This document shows, one piece after another, positions 37,301 to 50,386 of a DNA stretch of 64,000 nucleotides. The stretch is taken from contig OZ241832.1 of the NCBI GenBank assembly GCA_965202585.1, positions 23,250,001-23,314,000 on the forward strand, read 5' to 3'. The stretch comes from Thalia democratica. Its lineage: Eukaryota. Position 1 is the stretch's first letter. Each line of letters opens with the position of its first letter. A program made the translations under genes and the position numbers. Under the pieces are notes generated by a model, which saw nothing but the letters and a program-made list of their open reading frames with translations, made no database searches and was not told where the DNA came from.

Positions 37301-38930
37301 TATTGATTAAACTATATTAGAAATCAGTAATGACATTAGTTTTTTGATAAAATTTTTACACACTCAAACTACTTTGGATAACTCTTATGCTATTTTAAAG
37401 GTTGGAAAACTTTGGCAAAGTAACTTTTTAAAAGATACTTATGCTGAGACATTATACTTCAATTGAAGAACTTACTTGACAAGTTAAACCACAACCCAGT
37501 AGCAGTTCCAATAAACAGCTCATTATGGTAAGTTAGTTTTAGAATAATAGGTCTCTTGGTATTTTAGTCTCTTATATTACACTTAAAAAAATTAAAAGTC
37601 AATGTCTCTTTTACTAATATTGATTAAAGTGTAAAATTTTTCGAAAATGATTTATTCATTTTTATAGGTGCTTAATAACTCTTGAGAAAAATCTAATTAT
37701 TAATATGTAAATTTAATTAATTTTCATTAATTTAATTGTTTTTTTTTTTGTAATCATAAACATTTTATTTAGTTTAAAAAATTACTTGTTTTTATTAGTA
37801 ACAGCTTTGTTTTGCTTTTTTTTTTTGAACATTGTAGTTTTATTTTTTTTATGTTATAGCTCATTTTTATTCTTACTTATTTTAATAAGTTGAATAGTAT
37901 AGTCCAAATCTTAAACATACTTTTTAAAACTTAAATATTTATAAATTTTTTTTTAAGACATGTAAAAGATTAAATTATTGATAAATTTTAAACTTAAAAA
38001 CATTTCATGTTAAAACTTTACCTTTTAACGTAAAGTTCAATATAGATTTTATGTGTGTATGATGTTAGATACTATTATTTAATTTTTTTTTATTGATATT
38101 TTGTTCATAAAAAATAGTTGATGTTTTAAATTTTAATAGTCTCATTTTAAAAAGTTTTTGTTTTAGAGTTTGATTTTAACTGTTAAGTATTTTTATAATT
38201 TTTTAGCTCATTATAAATTTGATTAAAGTTGGGTATGCAACTCGATGACCGAGAGGTCTTTTTGTGTATCCAGGTCCTTCAACAAAAAATAATTTTTGAG
38301 CAATTTTTTCAATAAACCTCATTAAGACCTGAATTATTACTAAGCATTAACTTTAAAATCTTAATTTTAGGTTTGATCAGATTCGTGCAAGCAACAAGAC
38401 CAACACATACAGTTCCAGATCAAAAAAACGGATTTAGCTAGGATAATATTTTCATGTCTTTTTTGTCGTTACTTTTTGGTGTAATTTTTGTTTCCTTAAT
38501 TTTTTCGTGGCAATACATTTGTTAAACACATATAGTAATCGATTAATAAAAAATCATTAAGTTAAGTTAACTAAATAATTAAATTTACCATGCAATAAAA
38601 AGTACCAAGACTGCTGATTGTTAATTGGGATTGTGGCAATGTATTAAATTAATCTAGTTAGTATTTTAGACCTGGGTGATACAAGTAAAATATTGTTGTA
38701 ATAATTATATCACCGGTAGAATTTTTTTAAAATGGATAGGGTTAAGTGAACAATTTTAAGTTATCTTCTAAAAATTAATTGGGTATTCCCGAATTATTAG
38801 TAAAAAAATCGATTTAAAGTATTTACATATTCTTCAACACTAGCGGCGCTAAAGAATGGAAATTGGGGTGCACCAAATTTTAATTTTGTGATTTAGGGTT
38901 CACGGATTCAAATTAGCGTGCCGACCACTG
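34356..38930. mobile_element. hAT (Buster/Charlie-type) element, 4575 bp, no intact transposase
   Basis: Perfect 14-bp TIR CAGTGGTCGGCACG / CGTGCCGACCACTG; exact 8-bp TSD CTTTACAC (34348-34355, 38931-38938); inserted into a tandem unit whose empty site is visible in the neighbouring units. Confidence 0.95.
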
Positions 38931-41900
38931 CTTTACACAAAACAATCAAACAATATAAATTTCTATTCTTGATTAACATGTTTACTGCCGCAGGCTATGG
39001 CTAGAATGCCCCGACCACTCTATGTGGATGGTTTATATGTTCTTAACTTTTATCAATATTTCATCAGGAATTTCTTATCTGCTCTTTACTTTCTCCTTAT
39101 CTTTACTTGCATCAGTATAACACATGACCTAGCGAGCTTTCTCTTAAACGCTTGGATAAACAAGGACTTTAGCTAAAAACTTTCCATTACATTTAAACAG
39201 TTATAAAGTGCAATTTGATATCCTCTTACAAAGTAAATTTAAACTTATATAAGTATATTTTTCCTTATAAAAATTAAATAAAAAATAGTATTTTGATATG
39301 ATTAATCTTATTTTGTAATGTAGAACTTTTTTTTAGCCTATTAGCAAACACCAGACAAGTACTTTTTGCTTTGAACTCATACTTTTAAGCGCCTAAAGTT
39401 CGTACTAAATACCACTGTATTGCGATTACTATATTGAGTTCAGTTATAAACATTTTATTTAGTAGAATCTAAATTATTACTAAGTTTTTAAACTTAAATA
39501 TGTTGATTGGGCGTAGGTAAAGCTGCATGCAAAAGTCAAACTCCGTGTTAAAGCGTCGCTGTACAATTCTAAAACGCACCTGAAATTTTACTGTAAGTTT
39601 AGGATCTTACTAGACGTTTGTACAACTCTAAGAATCAAAAACTGTGTATGAATTTTCATATTTGTCAATCAACATACCCTTTTTTCAAGTTTCATGGGGC
39701 CCAGTAAACCCAAAATAAATAATAATTGTATGACATTCTAGTACGATTAAAAAGTTTGTGTATATTTCGTAACTATATATGTTGTAGCTTTACTAAAAAC
39801 AAATTTATAGGTATAAGACATACGTAGGCATAAAGGAACAGGGATTACATTATTTTCAAACAAAATTATTATTTACATTTGCTAAATAGTTTAAAGCAAG
39901 ATACCACTTGTAAATTAAACAGTTTTACAACTATTAAAAAAAATCGGCCGGACATTTAAGATAAATCAAAAAACATTTTATAGTACTCAGTAGTCAGCTA
40001 CACAGCAACACTGGCATTCTGACGACTCTGGTTTGAAGAACATGATATAAGAAACCTTTTATAAGATAAAAAATTCGAGTTTAATTTATAGTTAAATTCA
40101 ATTTTCTAGAAAAATATATTTAAGTACAAATATATTGATCTACTTTTTTTCTTTATCAAATCTATTAGTAAGTAAAAAAATCATTAAACTTTAGTATAAG
40201 TATTTTTTTAGCGAGAGACCTTTAGTTTTTTAAAAATATTCTTATCAGTATTTTTAATTAAAACAAAATTACTTTAAACTTAAAAAAATTCTAAAGGTGT
40301 TGAGCGTATCTAAGAGAATTTTTTTGTTTGATTAAAGGAAGGTATCGCTTTTTTAAATACCTAAAAAGGGTTTTATAAACATTTTCAAGAAACCCTGATA
40401 CAGTGTAACCCAGTTTCATTTTTAAAAAGTTACATAAGCGACAGATTTAAAAGTAGTTTTTTTACTTATATTTAATTGATATTCTATAATTCAAATTAAT
40501 TTGCTAAAATAAGAAATTTTACTTCGTTTAAAAGCTCTTTTTTTCATTGATAAAAAAGTTGAAAAACTTAATTGTAAAATTTTGCATCAATTATAAATAT
40601 TTATTATATAATTCTTTAATTCAAAAGCTGTAAATATAGACTTACATAAGTAAAAAAATGTCAGTTCAGTTTTTGTTTATAAAAAGTAAAACTAGGCAAC
40701 TAAACTTAGTCTTAGATTAAGCTTAACTTACATATTTTATTATTAATTAGACAATATTATGGGATTTAAAATTTATTAAATTTCAAACAAATATTACTTA
40801 AAACAAATTCAAGTACTCGTTTATTTGCGAATAACTTCATTCGTTCAATAAAATGTCACATAAATTGCTTTAAAGTATCTTCCTTTAGATCCCAAACATT
40901 TTTGTGCTGTTTACCTAACGTTGATGCGTACATTATCTGTAACTACCAGTTAAGTTTACAAAATTATAACTTTATACTAACTTTAACAAAATAACTGTTA
41001 AAAGTTTACCAACAAAGTTAATTTATTCAGCTATTTTTTGCTGAAAAAATTTAAATTATTAATTTTTTTATTTCCAAAACAAAACAAGTTCTAACATTAA
41101 AACACTTTTGTACACTTTTTTACTTTAATATATACAAAAAAATAACTATTTTATGTTTTTACTTAAATTTCCTTATCAAAGTAGTTCAAATTCACTTTAC
41201 AATTATGCTTTAAAAGTTTAAAGATGTTTAAGTTTTGTGAACATAGACTCATTTAATCTATCTTTTATATGTTTTTTGTAACAAAATTTATTACATTATA
41301 TAAAGAGTAAAACTTACAAACTACTTTAAGTATTTAAATCAGATAACTTAAACTACTCCATTAACTTTTAAATTTCTAAATAGTTTATTATTATGATTTT
41401 CGATCGCTTCTTAGGTTTTGCAAATTGAGTATTTTACAACTGGGCTGCTTTTTATGGAGCAAGCCACAACTTTGAGTTGATTTTTCTTTTATCTGATTGT
41501 TTTATAAAAGTTGATAAAAAAAACTGTAATGAAAAAGTACAGTTTATTACAAAAAAAAATTATTGATAAAATCATTTATAAGATTAGTTTAAGCAATAAG
41601 TCATTTTTATTATTATATCAATGAGTTTTTGTTAGAATTGTGCAAAAACTAGGAAGTATATTAAAGGGTGAAATATTTCATAATAAATATTACAACTTTT
41701 TTTTCCTAACGTTTTTTGTCCAACAATATTATAAGTTGTTATAATTTTTGTTAGTTTTTTTTCAACCAAATAAATTTAGTTTTTGAAGAGTTTTCTAAGA
41801 AAAATATTTTTAAAAATGTTCAAAACTATTAAAGAAACTGTTTGAACCTTAGATAAATTGTTGTGCTGTTCCTTATAGTACTGTGAGTTTAATTAAGTTA

Positions 41901-42920
41901 ATACAATTTAAAACTTAAAGTTCAATACTTTCAAAAAGTTGATAGTATTATAGAAACGTTCTTATGAAATTAAAACTAAAAAAAAATTTGCAATAAAAAG
42001 TTGTTTTTTTACTAAGCAACCACTTTGTTTTGATAAGTCAAAATTAAAATATATATGTTAAGTTTTATTTTGTTTTCATCAATAATTAAAAAAATAAATG
42101 ACTAGTATGATTAGGTCAAAAGCCCTCTGAGAGAAATTCTAGTTGTGAAGTAATTTGTTGTTTTAATTTGTTTAAAAATTTTCTAAAGCCTGTATTTCAA
42201 AAGTTTTATAACTTTTATAAAAAGTCTTAAAAATTAAAAACATTTAGGCATCATGTAATTTTAAGGTTGAAAGGCCTTGATAAAAATGAAAGCTTGTTTT
42301 GCAATGTTTTTTAATTATTTACAAACTTTTGAACAATACACTTCCTTTAATCTAAAAAGATTATAGTTTAAACAAAGCGTACTTTTAAGTAAAAATCATA
42401 CAGTAGTACTAATTAAATAAAGTTTATTTAATTAATTAACTGCTATTACAACATTAAAAACTCGAAACAGTTAACCATTTATTTCTTATTATCATTATCC
42501 AGCTTATCTAATTTTTAGTGCTATGTACAATGTTTTACTAAACTTTCACGTGCTTTTAATGTACTCAATCAGTTGAACCGATTTATAAAGTTGTGCTGTG
42601 CTATATATCATTTGTATAAAACTGTATTTATTATAATTACTATTAGTATAATAAATTTACTAACCAGGTTACTATTTCTACTAAGCCAGAAAGAAATCAG
42701 CGTTTTACACGACTGTTATTTGATTAAAAAAAGCTCAGTTTTGATATAACTATACAGATTTTTAAGTAAGTTTCGAATTAATTTCATAAGTCCATAAGTT
42801 TATAAACTGCTTATAAGCTTGCACAAAGCAAAGTAAGATAATAATTTCGTAACAAACTTTGGTTATACACTAAAAGTTAGTTTTTTTTTACTACAGACAT
42901 AATTTTATTATTATACAAAA

Positions 42921-45900
42921 ATGCGAGTGAAATTTTATTTATTGAATATTATTCTTGTGTTGGTTCTTCTGAATTTAGTTAGTGCTAGACGAAAGAAACA
43001 ATGCACTGCAAAAGATTTAAAAGGAACCAACAAAAAGAGATTCAAAAGTAGACTGCAGGCCTGTTTTGTTGTTGACTTTATATCTAAAAAATGCAGGAGA
43101 ATTCAAAGGAAAGAAAACTGTAGAAAACTATTAAAAGGTGAACGTTTAATGAACTTTGATTTGTGTATTTATATATAAGATATAACGTTAAAAGACGTTA
43201 AATCCTGAAGATCCTGATAAGTTAAGCTTATCGGAATACATACCTAGGATGTTTTTGTGTCAAAACTTTATTCCGACTAACGGCGTTTCAATGCTCTCAA
43301 ATAAATTTAAGAACAGATCTACGGAGTCTATAAAGTATTAACACACATTAGAAAAAAAACATGTATAATTATGTATAATTTTTATGTGAGTAGTAACTAT
43401 AAACGAACTTTATGGTTAAAAACACAGTTTGGAATAAAAACATAGAAAAAAAAAAGTTGTCTACGAAAATTACAAATTTAATAAAACCTCAAAAAAGTTC
43501 TGAGAATAGGCAAGTTTATAAAAGTGAAAATAAAATTATTCTGTTTTAAATAACTTGTTTAATTTGTTTTTATTTATAAAAAATAATTCTACAGAGGCCG
43601 CGTGCCAAGGTTCAGCTTTTAAATCAAACGATCCGGGTTTAATTCCCGGTAAAAAAGAAAGTGGTGTAAAACTCGATAACCGAAAGGTTTTTTGTTCACC
43701 AGGCCCTTATGCCAAACATTTTAAGCATTTTTTTATGGTTCATTAAACAATATATATGTTACAAGCAATTCCTAATCAAAATTTAATTTTTAAAAGATTG
43801 CCCTTCACCTGGCTACATAGTGGATGGAACGATAGAAGGTCAGAGCTTTAAACAGGGAAGTGTTATGAAGTATTCCTGCGAAAAAGGATTCAAGTTGAAT
43901 GGGGAAAGCGGAGCAACTTGTTTGAAATATGGTTGGTTTTTGAATTTTTTGAACAATCATATACTCAGAGTGCTTATTAAATATGGTTTAGGATAAAATG
44001 TACATAAATATGTACGTCATTAAGTTTAAAGGATTCAAAAAACAAAACAGTTTTAAGAAATTTTTGTACTTTAATTAAAATAATCAAAATTTTTGATTTA
44101 TCGCTCGAATTGATATCTGAGATAAAATTCTTCACTTTATTAAGGTAAATGGTCGAATCCCACGCCAACATGTGAAGAGATAAAGTGCAAGGGTATGCCA
44201 GTTATACCAGAACATGCAACTGCGAATCTTCGGAATTTAGTTGAGAACAAAGTTGGTAGTGTTGCTACTTACTCTTGTCTTAGTGGGTATGAAATTAGAG
44301 GTGGAACAAACACTGTTGGTTAGTTAGAAAAATTAGATGTTCTATTGCTAAGATTAATGTTGAGAAAAGCATTTTAAGGTTACAAGTGTCAAAGATAAAT
44401 AAAATGCTCTTAAGTTTTAACATGTATAGAGGTGAGAAAACAAGAAAAATAGTTTCAACTTTGTTTAATCCAGGGACGTAGCTAGCTCAAAAAAGTTACG
44501 AATGTGCAAAAACTAAAACATCTGAAATAACACGTCCTAGCGGGAACACAGCAATTTAAACTACCTCTAATATTATTGAATTTAATCTGAAAAAATGCAG
44601 TTATGTCAATACATCAAAAATTGAATGTTGAAGTACGAGTGATAACTGTATACAAGTCAATTTATTTTGCTCCACACCCCATATGACTTTTTATGTCATG
44701 CCACTTGTGTAAACCCAGAAAACATTCATTAAAAAAAATTACAATTTAACTCAAAAACATTAATATTGTTTTTATTCAAAAATTTAAACGTATAAAGTCA
44801 AACATTTAACGTAGTCAATAGTAACAACAAGTTATGCAAATTTTTGTAACATAAAATTGTATGATTTTGATTTTTGAAGCTACAGCTTTCAATAGGTTTA
44901 ATTTTGCATTGTAGCTTTTTGACAAAACAAAGCTTTAACGCGCTAAATGTTACAATTTGGATGTACTTAATTCGTTCAATTTTTTTACGACACTAAAAGT
45001 CCTAAAGAGTACATATATGTCAAAATTATCTCTCAGGAGTGCATAACTAAGCACAAATGAATACTAAAAGCTAAGAAAGCCGAGTATTTTCAAGCTGAAA
45101 TAAAAGCAAGCTTTTTTGCACATAAGTATACGTTTCTGTAGATTTGCAGAAACGTACCAAGCCACGTCCCTGGTTTAATCCTTTATTAGTTTTTCAATTA
45201 TTCTTGTATATAGTTTTTTTTAAACATTTTGTATAGACTTTGTTTGTTACTTTAAATATTATAAAAGTTTATAAAACTAACTTAATTGCTACATGCCTTT
45301 TACTAAGTAAAACGTATTTTTTATATAAAAGCTGTCAAACTAGAATTTTATAGTTTGTAGCAAAGCAATAGTTTTAAAGTTTCAGACTAGTTTAAAAACA
45401 AAGAAAGACTTTCCCATAAATATTTTTTTCTTTTGCTAGGGCTGTGTATGACAATTTATAATAAACGAACTTACTTAATTTAAAAAAGATTCATTTAGAA
45501 AACATTTTCTATAAAAAGTCGTTGTTTTTAATCTTGTTATAAAATATTTAGACGAAAATTAACAACAAAACAATTAAACGTGTAACCTTAACAATCTCTT
45601 ATACTTTGATAATATTATCATTAGACAAAAGAAGAACTTGTTTACTATATGTTATCTATCTTTTTACAGTTTATTAAACTAATACCTTACACTTTAGAAA
45701 TGAAGCTTGGAATGTTAACGTTCATAACAAAAGTCTTGATAGTCTCTTTACTAGTACATGAAAATATGGTTTTTCTATAATCTGCGAAACAAAACAAATT
45801 GTAACCAACAACTTTATATCTTTAACATAGAAATTAGTTTAACTCTTTTTTATTGCACATCATTCTTGCAACCCTTGTATTAACAAAATAAACTAAACAA

Positions 45901-46436
45901 AATAATTGAAAAATCTGTAAACAGTTTGCGGTGATAGCGGAGAGTGGGTAGGTGAAGTCCCTGAATGCAAACCAATAAGATGCAGCGGTGAACCCAGCGA
46001 CATCAAAAACCTGGGGTTCATAAGTCTTGAGACCCCGTACGAGCCAATAATTCACGGGCTGATTCCCTTCCGCTACAAGGACAAACTTAACTTGTTCTGT
46101 GAAAGAGGGTTTAAAAGGTTGCAGTTATTATTTGACTGTTTAGTTTTAAGCTGAGTAATATAACAGTTTTGTTTGCATTGCATGGAGTATTTAAATTTGT
46201 CTTGTGCCACTGTTTTAACTAACTTTTTAAACAGATAAAAAGTTTGTTTCAAAGTATTTTAACAGGCGTTCAAGTTTCTCAAACATTTAAATAGTAAATA
46301 ATGAACAATATGCTAACTATTAAACTTTTAATAATTGTAAAAATTTTGTTTTAACAGAGTCGGACCTCAAGTAATTAAATGTCAATCTGATGGCAAATGG
46401 TCTGCAATGCCGAAATGTGTTCCAAAATTATTTTAG
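42921..46436 (+). CDS. Secreted protein: basic 4-Cys domain + 3 CCP domains, paralog B; join(42921..43137,43797..43931,44145..44318,45925..46117,46358..46436), 265 aa
   Basis: All introns GT..AG with phases 1,1,1,2 and an open frame to VPKLF*; homologous exon by exon to the minus-strand gene at 26316-28490. Confidence 0.9.
43595..43700 (+). mobile_element. tRNA-derived SINE-like remnant in intron 1 of paralog B
   Basis: CAGCTTTTAAATCAAACGATCCGGGTTTAATTCCCGG resembles a tRNA anticodon arm + T-arm/B-box; absent from the paralog-A intron. Confidence 0.4.
44471..45172. mobile_element. hAT MITE, 702 bp, intronic
   Basis: TIR CAGGGACGT / ACGTCCCTG; exact 8-bp TSD GTTTAATC (44463-44470, 45173-45180). 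Confidence 0.92.
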
Positions 46437-48914
46437 ATACTTTTCTGCGTTTTTCTTTTTAATAAACTATCAATTTCGAGATAAAGTATTTAGAATTTGT
46501 GCTAAAATTAAAAAAAAAGTTTCTTAAAATAATTGATGATAAAATTGATGTGTTAAAGCACAAGTGACAAAAAAAAAAATAGAAAATAAAACGATATTAA
46601 AACAATAGTACCCACATAAATTCATTCGACATCTTTATATCGTTTCTTGAACAAAAAAAAAAGCACTCAAAAATTGTTTATAGCTGGCTTACAATATTTA
46701 AGGGTTTAGATAAGTATAACGTTGTTTTATTTTTGTTATAATTAAATATAGTAATATTTTTCCAAGTATTACAAAACTACTTTAAAGCAACTATCTCAGA
46801 TTTACTTACAGTATTTTTAAGCGTTTTCTAAATATTTTGCTGTTTCAGAATTAAATTATTTTACATTTCTGTAAATGTATAATATAACTATTAAAAATAG
46901 CTTTAGAAAACACCATTTATTATACGCTTTAGTCTAAACCTAAATACATACAAGTTCTTATAATCTAATTTCTTAAGGAGTACAGTTTTATAAAATGGTT
47001 TAAAATTTGAAAATTTTATTGTATAACGTTTGTGTGAAAAAGTAAGTTTTGTAATGTCTTGTGAAAGTTTAGTATTATAAAATTTTTATAAACTATAAGT
47101 TTCTCAAATATTTAGTTTATTTTTTATTTTATTTTACTTTAAATTTTCTCTAAAAATTTTATCTTAGTTTTCTTTTAGCCACATTTTGAGAGTTGTGATT
47201 TTTTTCTTGAAATGAGCTAGAACTATACAAAAAATTATTTGTAAAAAACTTAATATAAAATGCTACAAAATTGTAAACACTTATCTAAGTTAAGTCAAAA
47301 ACTCTGCAGAATTATTAGCTTTAGCGGAAAAATTTCTTATGACAAATGTATATTTTTTCTTATAGGGAATTACAAGTTACTCCATAACATTAGTGACTTA
47401 TGGAAATCTAAGTAAGATTTTTTCGAAGATAACTAGACTAGGACTTCCTGACCTATCAATAGATGTTAAAGTTGGCTGAAAGTTAGTGCAAAGGGGAAGA
47501 CTTCTTTACTTTAATCTTACTTTAGATATTTGTAATTAAAGTACACACTTTCTAAGCACAACTTATACTGAATGTTAAATTCTTTTCTGCTGAAAAATTT
47601 TAACGATAGTTGATCTTAAATATTTTATTTTCTACTAGATAATACACTTATTTGTTTTCGTGTTTCAAACCGTTCAATTATTAAAAAATTACAATAAACA
47701 TTAATAAGAAAATAAAAAGAAGAGTTTATTACTACTGTTTTTTTTCCTAATATTGTATAGCTAAACTTTGTAAACAGGGGTTTCTTTAAGTATGTGTTAT
47801 CGCCCCTTTGGAGTTATTACTAGTATTAGCGATAAACTAAATAGGTATTTAACTAAAAAGAATTTTAATTTCAAATATCCGTCAGTGGGCGGTATTAAGA
47901 AGGAGCTTGGAATTCTTGCTATAAGCAAACGTGGGCATTTAGTAAGATTATTAATTTTAAAAAAATGCAGTAACCTTTTGGTCTTATAAATTATTAAAAC
48001 AATTAAAACCTTCATTTTAAAAGTTTACAGAACAAAACCTAAAATGTTTTTGTTTTATCTTACAACGAATAAAGAAGTTACTTAGTTGTTACGTATGTAA
48101 ATAAAAACATACAAGATCTTTTTTAGTAGCGTAAAACCATATTGAGCCAACTTTCACCTTACAAGGTAAAAATAACGACAAAATAAATGTTAGTTAAGTT
48201 TTCCACAATATTCATTAACTTTAATAATTAAAAAACGTGAACCAGTTTTATATTTAAAAATGTTTTTAATAAAGATTTTCAAAAGTATTTTGTTTAAAAA
48301 TTCGGTGATTAGAAACATATTTAAATTGATGCTCTAATTCCAGCTTACACTTATTACTTTTTTGATAGCTTAGAAGTATTTTTGAGGTTAACGACTAATC
48401 AAGCTCTGTTCAAACAAGGTATGTTAGTTCAGTATTATTCTAGCGTTTCTGACTGTTTATTCTTTCGCAGATGTTAGGTCTTTTAAAACTTTTAAAAGAT
48501 TGAAACTGTTTACTATAAAATGTAAGATTTAAACTTCATTTAAATTAAGTAAATTAAAAAGTAACACTTTAAGCCTTTTGTTTTTTTGCTAAACTTACTG
48601 CTTTAAGTATACCATATTAAAGTTGGCTTTGATTTTATATACTAGTCAGACTTGTAATAATAATCATAATGTTATATTTGCACATAAAGCTTGATTAGGT
48701 TTTATCAGTTGTAGCTTAGTAGACAAAGTATTTACTAAAAGCTAAACAGGCATCAGTTATTTATGACAAATTTTTATAATAATGCAAAAAATAAAATAAA
48801 ACAAAAATTGTTTCTTTTAGATTCTATCTTTTGACTTGTTAGCGTTTTTAAAGCTTGTTTTGAATTAGATAAGTATATCCTGCAAAAATACTTAAATAAA
48901 TGTTTTATTTTCAG

Positions 48915-49224
48915 TTTTATTTTGATTCGACTTTATATTCATACAATGGAAGTTTGTTTCGGAGTCACTCCAATGGAGACTTTTCCTATTTTCACTCCCA
49001 ACGAAGAAGATTTTGAAGAGATGCTGGAAATCTTTCGCCAGATGAGGATAACTGAAGACAAACAAATGGAAGTCAGCGAAGCTTCTAATGAGATGAAATC
49101 AATTTTGCTGAAGAGGAAAGTTTGTATCAAAGTAACGGCATCAGCTAGAAAAAGGTTAAGTGAGTTTTCACGTCTCACCACGTGCAAAAAATACAAAAAG
49201 GATCCTGCAGAAAAAGTGCTTTAA
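48915..49224 (+). CDS. Uncharacterised coding exon/ORF (ATG at 48946), possibly with a premature stop
   Basis: GC-richer open frame after a strong acceptor ttttcag (48914); plausible charged protein (MEVCFGVTPMETFPIFTPNEEDFEEML..). Coding-like sequence continues in frame after TAA 49224 to 49290. Confidence 0.5.
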
Positions 49225-50386
49225 GATTCACGAAACAAAATGATTAGTTTTGCGCCGAGGAAAAAGGTCGTGCGAAAATTGAAGATGTAAGACAAATGAC
49301 ATTTAATAATATTTCTTTAAGTTATTTGTAAATTTGTTTCGTTTATATGTTCGTACTTTGTTTTCTCATTTTCAGGTTTTGTGTTCTATTAACAACTTTG
49401 TTTATTACTTAACTATTAGCTATTCAAAACGTCTTTAGCGAAATTCCGTATTTAATGTTTTACCTTTAAAAATCTTATTACTTATGTTTCAATAAATGAT
49501 AAAACGTAAGCGCGTTATTTTGTACTTGTTGTGGTTTATAACTTTAAACGAATAAAAAAACAGTTTTAAAATAGAAGACCATAGTTAAGATTACAATTTT
49601 CAGCCATGAAATTTTAAATCTACTCTTCAGATTATACTTTTTAAAACTTTAAACTTAATTACATTTAAACCTCAAAGTCTCCAACTTCTGCTTGAGTTTT
49701 TATTCAGATCTAACATAAAACAAAAATCGAGTTTAGACTAAATTTTGAAAGTATTTATGAAAGGCTCATAAGCATCACGCAAGAAATTCTAAATTTATCA
49801 AAAAATCTGCTGTTAAACTCGTATTGTTAACAGCTATATTTTGTTTATTGTAGCGATATGTAGTGTTCTATAGGTAACAAGTTTCTGAAATTATAAACAA
49901 GTTTACGTGATAAATTTTGAAATATTGTACTATGCATCATGTATTATTATATAATAACATTGTCTTCTGTTCTGTATTTAATCATTTTACTACTTCATTT
50001 GCAGAATAAAATTATTTTCAATTTTTTAGAAACTTTACGTTATAGAACGAAGTCTATAGGTAGTTAAGTATGTTACAATGGGTTTTTAACAACTTTCAAA
50101 ACTACTTCAGCTGTATGAAAACAGTTTTTTGTAACAAAAAAAACTTAATAAAACGTACAGGATTTAATGAGAAAAAATTGATTTTGATATTTCATTATAC
50201 TTGTTAATTTTAGAAGTCCTTTGAATTTGCCCACGCGGTTTTGTTTTTGTTTTGTTTTTTACAACGTTAATGTTGTTGTGAATCGTATATTTTTAAATAA
50301 CTGTTTAAAAAACTATTTATGGTTTAAGAAACATAGTACTTATGAAATGTATGTGTATTGTGTACTTATTTTAAAGATGGTTACAT

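Larger units (their letters stand above)
29289..39385. repeat. ~2-kb tandem array (partial unit 29289-29524; units ~30508-32498 and ~32499-34355+38931-38970; partial ~38971-39385) interrupted by two DNA-transposon insertions
   Basis: Recurrent blocks, e.g. AACATGTTTACTGC..GGCTAGAATGCCCC at ~30508, ~32500, ~38975 and TTGCAAACACTAAC at ~29289, ~32268, ~34150. Confidence 0.9.

Noticed and set aside
43595-43660. Functional tRNA gene
   Set aside because: Only anticodon/T-arm-like similarity; no acceptor stem or D-arm can be folded.
43977-46055. Minus-strand ORFs 43977-44171 and 45834-46055
   Set aside because: Antisense to introns and exons of the 3xCCP paralog B.
47792-48015. Overlapping ORFs 47792 and 47797
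   Set aside because: No protein features; the region looks like a decayed repeat.
48955-49030. JmjN domain (FPIFTPNEEDF resembles the PxFxPTxEEF motif)
   Set aside because: Only a ~10-residue resemblance, with no downstream GI(C/A)K motif and no JmjC.
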